From a virus (taxonomy: Duplodnaviria; Heunggongvirae; Uroviricota; Caudoviricetes): a DNA stretch of 64,000 nucleotides. Location of the stretch: IMG/VR virus record IMGVR_UViG_3300035099_000022, positions 15,620 through 79,619 of that record; one strand, written 5' to 3'. Below, piece after piece: positions 1 to 7,440 of the stretch. Below the pieces are notes generated by a model. The model was not told the origin of the DNA. It was given only the letters and a program-made list of their open reading frames with translations, and did not search any database. Within the stretch, counting starts at the first letter, position 1; the number at the start of each line of letters is the position of its first letter. The position numbers were made by a program, and so were the translations under genes.

Positions 1-1129
1 CACCAGTTTGGTTGCTAACGCCTTGATAGACGCGCAGCCAAGTGTGTAACTCCAGTGGAACTTCGTAACGGTAGCCACGCTTGAGCAGCCATTCATGCAG
101 CCCCATGAGTCCAAGACCCAGGCGGCGATTCTTCTCTCTCACTTTGTAGACTTGCGCATAAGGCAGATGTGCTCGCAAGGTGCCGCAGACGAGAAACTTC
201 GTCGCTAGAACAGTGACCGCGTAAAGTTCATCCAGTGTTTCAATGCGACCGAAATTCAGGGAGCCAAGGTTGCAGCAATCACTGTCGTCCTGACTGCATA
301 CCTCACCGCAAGCATTGCGAAGAGTTTCATTCTCCTTGTCAAAGAAGTTGAAACTGAATCCTGGTTCACCTGTCGAGACTGCCTGCCGCACGTTGGCCAT
401 GAATACTTCACCAGGGTCGTTTGTTTGACAGCAGGCTAAGTACCAAGCAGTGTTGTAATTGACTGAGGTGTTGGTTATGTCCAAGGGTGCGGGCCAATTG
501 AAGTCTGCTTCTTTCACATCGGCCAACGTAAACTTGGTTCCTGGCACCGGTATCTCATGCCAGTTTTTAAAGACTAGAAAATGTGGAATATCATCATGCC
601 GCCAGTCGAGTGAGGCATATAGCGCACTGCGGCGACTACCACCTTGTATGACGCTTCGTCCAATTTCGTTAATCATCGACATCTTAGGAATCGGGCCGCT
701 CGCCACGCCACCGGTGCTAACTAATCTGCGACCCGAAGGACGGTAGACTGAATAGTCGATGCCGACACCGCCGCCAGTGAGCAAGCAACGTTCCGCTTTC
801 CATGAGAGATTAGCCCAATCTTCGCGGGTATCCTCAAGGGCACGAAGCAGATAGCAGTTAGAGTAAAATTTGCGAGGGCGGCCTGCGTAGTACAGATAGC
901 GTCCGCCGGGAAGGAACTTCAGATCATGAATGTACTGCGCAAGCAACAAGCGCTCGTCTCGCGATAGCAGTCCATCTGGACATCCATCAGCAGGACCGCA
1001 CACATCTTCAACCAGCGTGTGCGCTAACTGTGCCCACGTCTCGCACCCTGCATGAACATACTTTTGCTCGAAAATACCCTCGGAAAACTTCGAGCGAAAC
1101 ATGGGATTGCGTTCACTTTTATATGTCAT
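1..1129 (-). CDS. nrdJ: Ribonucleotide reductase, class II (B12-dependent, NrdJ-like), N-terminal about 376 aa; gene continues beyond window start
   Basis: Translated by hand on the minus strand from the ATG at 1129..1127, giving MTYKSERNPMFRSK.... It contains adjacent NACGEV and CCNLGSLNF motifs (the NPCGE...CNLGS(I/L)N hallmark of class II RNR) and a downstream GLGLMGLHEWL motif. It is absent from the ORF track because it is truncated by the window edge. Confidence 0.75.
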   Translation of the reverse strand, partial: MTYKSERNPMFRSKFSEGIFEQKYVHAGCETWAQLAHTLVEDVCGPADGCPDGLLSRDERLLLAQYIHDLKFLPGGRYLYYAGRPRKFYSNCYLLRALEDTREDWANLSWKAERCLLTGGGVGIDYSVYRPSGRRLVSTGGVASGPIPKMSMINEIGRSVIQGGSRRSALYASLDWRHDDIPHFLVFKNWHEIPVPGTKFTLADVKEADFNWPAPLDITNTSVNYNTAWYLACCQTNDPGEVFMANVRQAVSTGEPGFSFNFFDKENETLRNACGEVCSQDDSDCCNLGSLNFGRIETLDELYAVTVLATKFLVCGTLRAHLPYAQVYKVREKNRRLGLGLMGLHEWLLKRGYRYEVPLELHTWLRVYQGVSNQTG

Positions 1130-1142
1130 CTTAGCCGTTCCT

Positions 1143-1172
1143 GTTGCTAATTGGCGCCAAGGTTCTTTATCC
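1143..1172 (-). promoter_or_regulatory. Upstream motif copy 1 (AAGAACCTTGGCGCCAATTAG), immediately 5' of the RNR gene
   Basis: Shares an AAGAACC(T/C)TKGC core with the copies at 22146-22175 and 55146-55178. Confidence 0.4.
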
Positions 1173-2315
1173 AAACCGCACTGGTCTTGTGACTTCTGAA
1201 AACCATTGATCAAGCGCGGAACCGTCTGACATCAGACTGAGGGCCATTTCGTCGAGCACTTCGCAGCGGGCCTTGCTGTCTTCCGGGCTAAGATCACTAA
1301 AAATGTGGCCACTGGAAATGGCGTCCCAACACTTCTTTACACGAGCCTCCAAGGTAAGTTGGTACTCACTCTTAACCCGACCGCGGTGGCGGGCATAGCG
1401 AAGCGTCGGTGGTTGATTGTCACCCATGTATTTGGCGACTAACTCTTCAATGCCGCAAACCACATTCTCGTCACCAACTTTTTCGCCTAGCAGCCAGCCG
1501 TAGAGGCAAAGTTGGTCAGCATATTCACTGTTGCAGAATTCCATGTAGCCTGAGTTGATCGTCAGACCCCGGAAGTTGAAGGCTAAGAACATGGCATGTT
1601 CCTTGCCATGACTGCGACTGGGTTTGGCGGTCTTGAAGCCGTCCAGACATGTCATGTAGCCTTTGCTCGGGCTGGCTCCATACTTAGAGCAGTAGCCGTG
1701 GACCTTCCAGTCATAGATGCAATGGATGCGGCCTTGCCCTAGGTCCAGGACGAAGCGGCAATCCGGTTTACCCGTAAAGGGTGCGCCACCAATGGTACCA
1801 TCCACTGTGAACTCGAAGCGTGGTGGCTCGACGGACTGTTGAAGCTGCTTGAGCAGGTCATCATAAGCTCCGGCCACTTTGTACGCCTCGAAGACGATCT
1901 TGCCTGCTTCCAGGGCGAAGTCACGACGTGGTGGTTCAACTTGACTCTCGAAGATGGCTTGAAACTCGAATTTGGGATTCGAGCCGGGTCCAAACAAGGC
2001 GGCGTGGAGATTGGCTTTAACATAGGCATCGAACGCCGAGCCAACCGCCATTGGCGGCGTTTGTGGTAGCTGCGGGGCAGCATGGTCCGAAAGATACTTG
2101 ACGTAAAATTCGTCTTGATCGTGCTCCCAGAGGGAGAGAGCCGAGTAGCTAAGAGACTTCGGGATTCTCATGGGTTGCGTGTTATCGTCTAGTGACGCTG
2201 ATTGACAAGTTTCACGCCTCCAGGCGAGCAATAGCAATATCGCAGTTATGGGCGTCCAGTTCGATTCCGATGCATGGACGGCCGAGTTTCTTGGCGGCGA
2301 CCAGGGTCGTTCCAC
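1167..2315 (-). CDS. PD-(D/E)XK (RecB/Cas4-like) nuclease-family protein
   Basis: N-terminal LSYSALSLWEHDQDEFYVKYL resembles the first motif of RecB-family nucleases. Downstream VLDLGQG...IYDWKV supplies a D...(D/E)xK arrangement. Confidence 0.4.
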   Translation of the reverse strand: MERPWSPPRNSAVHASESNWTPITAILLLLAWRRETCQSASLDDNTQPMRIPKSLSYSALSLWEHDQDEFYVKYLSDHAAPQLPQTPPMAVGSAFDAYVKANLHAALFGPGSNPKFEFQAIFESQVEPPRRDFALEAGKIVFEAYKVAGAYDDLLKQLQQSVEPPRFEFTVDGTIGGAPFTGKPDCRFVLDLGQGRIHCIYDWKVHGYCSKYGASPSKGYMTCLDGFKTAKPSRSHGKEHAMFLAFNFRGLTINSGYMEFCNSEYADQLCLYGWLLGEKVGDENVVCGIEELVAKYMGDNQPPTLRYARHRGRVKSEYQLTLEARVKKCWDAISSGHIFSDLSPEDSKARCEVLDEMALSLMSDGSALDQWFSEVTRPVRFG

Positions 2316-3603
2316 TGCCGGCGAAGGGGTCGAGAATGACGCCGCCGGTCGGCGTGGAGAGCAGCGTCAAGAGGTAGCCCATCAGGTCAAGCGGCTTGAC
2401 GGTGGGATGGTCGTTGCCTGGGCCGCGTTCCTTCTTCGTTGCCTTGCCGCAATAGAAGAAGCGGGAGGCGCCACCCGAGTCGCCGTAAGTGCCTGTGGCC
2501 GAGGCGGTGTCCGGGAAGTCTCCATGATAGCCTCCCTCGCCCTTGCTCCGGTTGCGCTGCTGACCAGCTCTCATCTTGCCACTGATGAGCGTGCCGGTCT
2601 GGGCATCGAGTGCTCGTATCGGGCAATCAGGATGGCATTCGTAGATTGGCACAACCTCGTTTCCGTAGACCCGAGAGTTCGGTTTGCCGTCGCCTGAGTT
2701 TGCACCCACGTTGATGAAACCGCCCGGTCGACGGCCGGTACAATTACCCCGTGGATCGCCACGCAGGGTCGTGGTGCCCACTTGCCGACACTCGGGATGG
2801 TGCTCCAAGAGCAGGTTTGCCGGCCAGCGGCCGAGGGGAGAAACCCGCTCCGCTACGCTGCGGGTCTCTTCGTATTCGGTCGCGTGCCAGGGACCGGCCT
2901 TACCCTTTCCCGAAGTGAGCCATTTCTTGCCGTACTCGGCGGCATAGTCGCACGGTATCCGGCAACCGTCGATGTTCAAGCCGGCGACGCCGTGGCGCGT
3001 GGCGTTCTGCGCGAAGGTGCCGTCGAGCGGCTTCATGGCCAAGACGATCGGCTCCCAGGCCGGCTTCAGAGCTGAACCCCAGCCACTCCAGCGTTTCGCA
3101 AGCTCCGTGGCAGGAACGGTATCAAGAATCTCGACATTTCCGGTTTTACCGTGTCGCTGTCGGTTCTGGAAACTGTTGCCACGAATGTCCGGTTGGGTGC
3201 GCCTGCCAATGACCTCCCGCTCTGCTCCAGCCAACTTGTCGAGGGCTTTGGAGATGTCCAAGGATTTTGGGAACCCCTGGCCATAGAGCCACATCAAACA
3301 ATCACGAATTTCCCACCCTGCATCTTCGACCGCGCCAACGAGTCGGTGCCACGTCCGCGTGCCACCAAAAGCCAACAGCAAAGCGCCGGGTTTGCACACG
3401 GTGGCAATCGTTTTCCAATAGGTTGGGCCGGGAACATTGAAGTCCCAGTCCTTCTCCATGAACCCCAGGCCATACGGCGGATCGGTGACAACAAAATCCA
3501 CTGTGTTTGGCTGCACCGTCTGGGGAAGGACTTCCCGCAGATCACCGTGGTAAAGCACGATGTCATTCTTTTGGTAACAGGGCTGCACCGGTGTTGCGGT
3601 CAC
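2212..3603 (-). CDS. DNA amino-methyltransferase (N6-A or N4-C, beta class), paralog A
   Basis: DPPY motif IV in VVTDPPYGLGF near the N-terminus. FxGxG AdoMet motif I (ILDPFAGSGTT) near the C-terminus. The central region is variable (presumed TRD). Confidence 0.85.
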   Translation of the reverse strand: MTATPVQPCYQKNDIVLYHGDLREVLPQTVQPNTVDFVVTDPPYGLGFMEKDWDFNVPGPTYWKTIATVCKPGALLLAFGGTRTWHRLVGAVEDAGWEIRDCLMWLYGQGFPKSLDISKALDKLAGAEREVIGRRTQPDIRGNSFQNRQRHGKTGNVEILDTVPATELAKRWSGWGSALKPAWEPIVLAMKPLDGTFAQNATRHGVAGLNIDGCRIPCDYAAEYGKKWLTSGKGKAGPWHATEYEETRSVAERVSPLGRWPANLLLEHHPECRQVGTTTLRGDPRGNCTGRRPGGFINVGANSGDGKPNSRVYGNEVVPIYECHPDCPIRALDAQTGTLISGKMRAGQQRNRSKGEGGYHGDFPDTASATGTYGDSGGASRFFYCGKATKKERGPGNDHPTVKPLDLMGYLLTLLSTPTGGVILDPFAGSGTTLVAAKKLGRPCIGIELDAHNCDIAIARLEA

Positions 3604-4742
3604 TCAACATTCCTCCGCCGCCAATAGCGGGCCTCTTTGGGGACACCATCGTCGGACAATTCGCGGTATTTGAACGTGATCGTCTGGCCAATTTTGAAGT
3701 GTTTACCCTGGAACCACACTGGCATGTCTTTACCAGGATTTTGGGTTGCGATTTGTGTCATGTCCGGGGTCAGAAATTCCCGTTCAGCGTCAGTCAAGCC
3801 GGATAATTCCAGTCGCTTGCCTTTGTAACTAGTAATGAGCGCACCGATTTTGCCCCGATACTTGCCGCCCTTATCCGTTTCGCGGCCAGACGTGAAACCA
3901 CCAATCACGGCCTCGGCGTCGTGGAAGGGTTTATATTTGAGGATTCCTCGGTGTCGTTTTGGTGTCCAAACGGCGTTGGGATTGCGAATCACCACGCCTT
4001 CGCCGCCTTGGTCCAGGGCTTTTTGCAGATACTCTTCTATTTGATCGGCGGCTGCTTCGGGAGCGTCGATCAGCTTTGTTTGTGGATGAAGGTAGCAGAT
4101 TGAGGCGTCCGTGTTTTCTAAAGCTTCACTGAGTACAGCCACTTCCTTGCTGAATGGTTGATCGGCAGTGAGGAACTTGAAATCATCCCCCACACAATGT
4201 TTGGGGATGGGCACCCCGTTGAATCGTTCACCTCGTTCGTTAAGTCGCTGTCTGATCCAGGCTTCAATCGTGAGATAATCGATCTGGCAGACTATGTTGA
4301 TGTTTTTGATTTGCCCAGTGCTGAAGATCGCGGCCAGCGGCGGGGTGGAGTAGACCGCAAAGACGATCTTGTCGAAGCGTTCGTCCGGCGTGTCGCCGCC
4401 GCAGATCGACCGGCAGAGTTGGAACTTACCCCGCCCGGCCCACAACTCCCCGTCCAGCGGGCAGCAGGGAAGCTGATTCAGCCACCAGTCGGGGGCCATG
4501 ATCGGATTGCCGTAGCGGCTCCACAGGCCCGTCGCCACGGGCTTGATCTTGGCTTTCTTCTGACCGGTTCTAGGATCAATGATTGATGCCCACGGCACAC
4601 TTTCGGTAGGCAAGCCGCGAGTGATGCCGCCGTCCCAAAAGCAGCGGGTGCCGTCAAGTTTCTCAGAAATGAACCAGCCAGCAACGTTGTCCTTTTCGGG
4701 ATCATAACAATCCGCGAGTTGAAGGAACTCACGCCTTATCAT
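3600..4742 (-). CDS. ATP-dependent DNA ligase
   Basis: Adenylation motif I KxDGxR is present as SEKLDGTRCF. Size and position in a replication module fit. The stop/start overlaps the upstream gene. Confidence 0.8.
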   Translation of the reverse strand: MIRREFLQLADCYDPEKDNVAGWFISEKLDGTRCFWDGGITRGLPTESVPWASIIDPRTGQKKAKIKPVATGLWSRYGNPIMAPDWWLNQLPCCPLDGELWAGRGKFQLCRSICGGDTPDERFDKIVFAVYSTPPLAAIFSTGQIKNINIVCQIDYLTIEAWIRQRLNERGERFNGVPIPKHCVGDDFKFLTADQPFSKEVAVLSEALENTDASICYLHPQTKLIDAPEAAADQIEEYLQKALDQGGEGVVIRNPNAVWTPKRHRGILKYKPFHDAEAVIGGFTSGRETDKGGKYRGKIGALITSYKGKRLELSGLTDAEREFLTPDMTQIATQNPGKDMPVWFQGKHFKIGQTITFKYRELSDDGVPKEARYWRRRNVE

Positions 4743-5082
4743 TTAGGAGTCTCCTCAATTGTTGTGGCGTGCGCGCTGTTTGTTGCGGTTCCGCTAAAGC
4801 CAACTCTGCTAAAGCCAATTCCGCTAAAGCCAACTCCGCTAAAGCCAACTCTGCTGGTTCTAATGACTCGAATGATTGCACCGGATTATCGATACGGCGG
4901 CCAGAATTGATCCGCTTCATGGTTTGTTGTTCACTTCGGCATTCATCCCAATGGTGTTCGATCTGGACGGGCCGACTATAGACGTTCAGCCATTCACCGT
5001 GGCGTGCGGCCCAGGCTGACCGTTTCAACCAATCCACAGGGATGAACTCAACTTTATTCTGGGTGCAACTCATCTGGGTCAT
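4729..5082 (-). CDS. Hypothetical protein with C-terminal (LAELA)n repeat
   Basis: ORF 4729..5247 trimmed to the internal Met (MTQMSC...) to avoid a 149-nt overlap with the upstream gene. Contains a 15-bp tandem repeat encoding LAELALAELALAE. Confidence 0.3.
   Translation of the reverse strand: MTQMSCTQNKVEFIPVDWLKRSAWAARHGEWLNVYSRPVQIEHHWDECRSEQQTMKRINSGRRIDNPVQSFESLEPAELALAELALAELALAELALAEPQQTARTPQQLRRLLNDKA
4791..4856. repeat. 15-bp tandem repeat CCGCTAAAGCCAACT x4.4
   Basis: Read directly. Encodes the LAELA repeat on the minus strand. Confidence 0.9.
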
Positions 5083-5098
5083 ATTACCATTTCGTTTT

Positions 5099-5680
5099 TT
5101 AGAGAGGTTTTTGGAGTGTGTAGGCAAGATTTTCTTCAAGATATTGGCGCGGATCGCGGCCTCGGAGAGTGTTCCAGGGACGGGGGACCATGATGGCTGC
5201 CCCGCCGTGTCTATGCCAGTAGTAAATATTCTTATCGCGGTCATCAATCAGAAGGGAATCGAGACGGGCGAAAAGCCATTTGCGGGGTGTGATGGCAAAC
5301 TGGCGATGTAACCATTCTGGGCAGTGGTCGTGAATCCACTCTAATTTGCCAGCAAGGCTTTCGGGGTCTTTTGTTGGTGACGTAGCGATGCAAATATTCT
5401 CTCGGCCCACTGCAGTTTCACAAGTGTCCAAGAGCCATTGGAAGAGGTCTGACTTCGGGCACTTTGCCCAAACTGCACGCGGAATGGATGACCAGAATGA
5501 AGCCGCCGTATAACGATTCTTGGCTAACATCCAATTAGCTGCTTTGTGGATTGCCCATCCAAACTGTTTCGGGTATTGCTCATACTCACTGGGTCCAATA
5601 GGACAACCCATTGTGTGCAAGACATACGGGCCAAATGTATTAAGCACGTCATCCAGGTCTAGGTAGATGCGCTGAATCAT
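5099..5680 (-). CDS. 5'(3')-deoxyribonucleotidase (HAD superfamily, NT5C-like)
   Basis: N-terminal IYLDLDDVL matches the HAD DxDx(V/T) nucleophile motif. Size of about 190 aa is typical of phage dNMP nucleotidases. Confidence 0.6.
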   Translation of the reverse strand: MIQRIYLDLDDVLNTFGPYVLHTMGCPIGPSEYEQYPKQFGWAIHKAANWMLAKNRYTAASFWSSIPRAVWAKCPKSDLFQWLLDTCETAVGRENICIATSPTKDPESLAGKLEWIHDHCPEWLHRQFAITPRKWLFARLDSLLIDDRDKNIYYWHRHGGAAIMVPRPWNTLRGRDPRQYLEENLAYTLQKPL

Positions 5681-6438
5681 TTTCTTAGTGCCTCATCAAT
5701 ACGTGCCGCCAGCCGTTTGCTCCTGTAATAGATGTAACCAATGGATTTGCCGACGACTTCGGCGATTTCAGCGGGGGTGTAGCCTTCTTCGCGCATCCGA
5801 AGAAAAGTTCGTTCATCCTCATTGCAACAACAAGAGTCAAGAAGATCACGGAATTCCAACTCCGTTTCATATTTTCCATGTACAAAACGCTCTGGAAGTA
5901 TGTTCACACAGGTCGGCGGTATAAGCGGCTTGTCACTGGCCTTTGCCGCACGTCGGCTCTTGCCGGGGATGCGAATGGTGTGTTCAACATCGATCAATTT
6001 ACCTAGTTCATGGTCGATGGCGGTGAGAATGTAGTTAAACACGTTCTCGATTTTGACTCGCGCTGCAACGGCGTTGACTGCTTTAGTCAGACCCATGAAG
6101 CCTGCACTAATAAGATCGTCTCGAAGATAGACAATAGTCGGGAAACAATGGATGAAGGCTTCTACTTTTCTAAGAACCAATGCCATGTTGCCTGTAATCA
6201 TCTGTTCACGCGCAGCGACATTCCCTGCCACCACTTGCGGCAACAATTCAAGATTCAACTCTTCTGTCAGCGGTTCGCACATCTGTGAGATAAGAATGTT
6301 GTTGTATTGATTATTCATACGGCCGCTCCAAGGGATCGACGCGCCATGCGCAACGGGTAAAAAACTGGTGGGCTTCGCAAGCGACGCGCGAATAGTCATA
6401 CTCATGCCCACGAGGATCGAAGATGCGACCGTGGTCAT
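5677..6438 (-). CDS. Sigma-70 family RNA polymerase sigma factor
   Basis: C-terminal region-4-like HTH (YTPAEIAEVVGKSIGYIYYRSKRLAARIDEAL). A region-2-like segment (GFMGLTKAVNAVAAR...) precedes it. Confidence 0.55.
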   Translation of the reverse strand: MTTVASSILVGMSMTIRASLAKPTSFLPVAHGASIPWSGRMNNQYNNILISQMCEPLTEELNLELLPQVVAGNVAAREQMITGNMALVLRKVEAFIHCFPTIVYLRDDLISAGFMGLTKAVNAVAARVKIENVFNYILTAIDHELGKLIDVEHTIRIPGKSRRAAKASDKPLIPPTCVNILPERFVHGKYETELEFRDLLDSCCCNEDERTFLRMREEGYTPAEIAEVVGKSIGYIYYRSKRLAARIDEALRK

Positions 6439-6807
6439 AGGCGACCATGTGGCCGAAGCGGAAACCGGTGCCGTCGATTACACCGCGACTGGTCTTGATG
6501 GTGCGCGCGAAAAGTGCCCAGTTGTTGGTAGGGTAGAGGATAGTTTGCGTCTGACGCCCGTCAGCCGATTGCAAAACAGGAAATAACTCAACAGGCGTGA
6601 CTGCCATGCCTCGTTTGAGTGCAATCAAGATCATTTCCTGAATATGGAAGCCAAGACGACAGGCTGGTTCGGGAAGGTTGGGAAAGGCAATCCGGCTACC
6701 ATCGTGGCCAATCTCGGCGAGGAGATCGTCCACCGGCATGTCCATTGCCATCGCAAAAGCCAGTGGCATACACATCCACGGTTCAGGACGCTGTTGCAGT
6801 AGCATGG
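6311..6807 (-). CDS. Hypothetical protein (ORF 6311..7117 trimmed to internal Met)
   Basis: The first about 100 aa of the listed ORF are Arg/Ser-rich low complexity and overlap the downstream gene. The C-terminal 165 aa (MLLQQRPEPW...) look like a real protein. No family recognised. Confidence 0.3.
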
Positions 6808-6875
6808 GCGCAAACTCCAAGCCAATTGATGAGCGGTAGCAGGTTGAAGAGGAAGTTAGCCGGCGATTTCGCGGT

Positions 6876-7262
6876 CTAACCATCAAGCAAGGCGTCGATT
6901 TCAGCCGGGGTCGGAACTGACCCCCAGGATGGCTTCCAGTAATCGCGCCAGTTCGGAGCACCGAACAGCTTGTCATACTCTTCTTGTGTCGCAGCCGTGA
7001 GAATCCAAATCGGCGTGCCCTTCGCCTCCCACAGCGGCCATTTGATCCTTTGGGCTCTTGTAAATGAGTAATGTTTTGGCTGCTTGCAGTCAATCCAGCG
7101 CTGGCCCCATTTTTCATGCATCGCGTACAGATCAGGGAACCCTGTCTGATAGAGACTTCCGTGGGTTATCTCAACGTACCAGCCTCGTGCCCGGAGAAAG
7201 GCGATCAAATCTCGACGTATGAACCATTCTGGCCCGTGCTTTGGCTTGCGGATGGTTCCCAT
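6876..7262 (-). CDS. VRR-NUC / PD-(D/E)XK-like nuclease
   Basis: GFPDLYAMHEKWGQRWIDCK fits the GxPD...(D/E)xK pattern of VRR-NUC domain nucleases. Confidence 0.45.
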   Translation of the reverse strand: MGTIRKPKHGPEWFIRRDLIAFLRARGWYVEITHGSLYQTGFPDLYAMHEKWGQRWIDCKQPKHYSFTRAQRIKWPLWEAKGTPIWILTAATQEEYDKLFGAPNWRDYWKPSWGSVPTPAEIDALLDG

Positions 7263-7440
7263 CAGTCACGCCTCGCCAACCAACGGATCAAGTGCCACAT
7301 GCTGTCCAGCAGCAGCCATAAACCCCACAAAACGATTATCATACCTCGGAGGCCCCATAGGTAAAGAGATACGCCACCGAGGAAACCAGCGGCAAAGCCA
7401 GTGCCACCAATCATGTACTTGATTTGATTGTCTGTCATGG

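Noticed and set aside
6808-7117. N-terminal 100 aa of ORF 6311..7117
   Set aside because: It is low-complexity Arg/Ser-rich and overlaps the well-supported VRR-NUC-like gene. The gene was trimmed to the internal Met.
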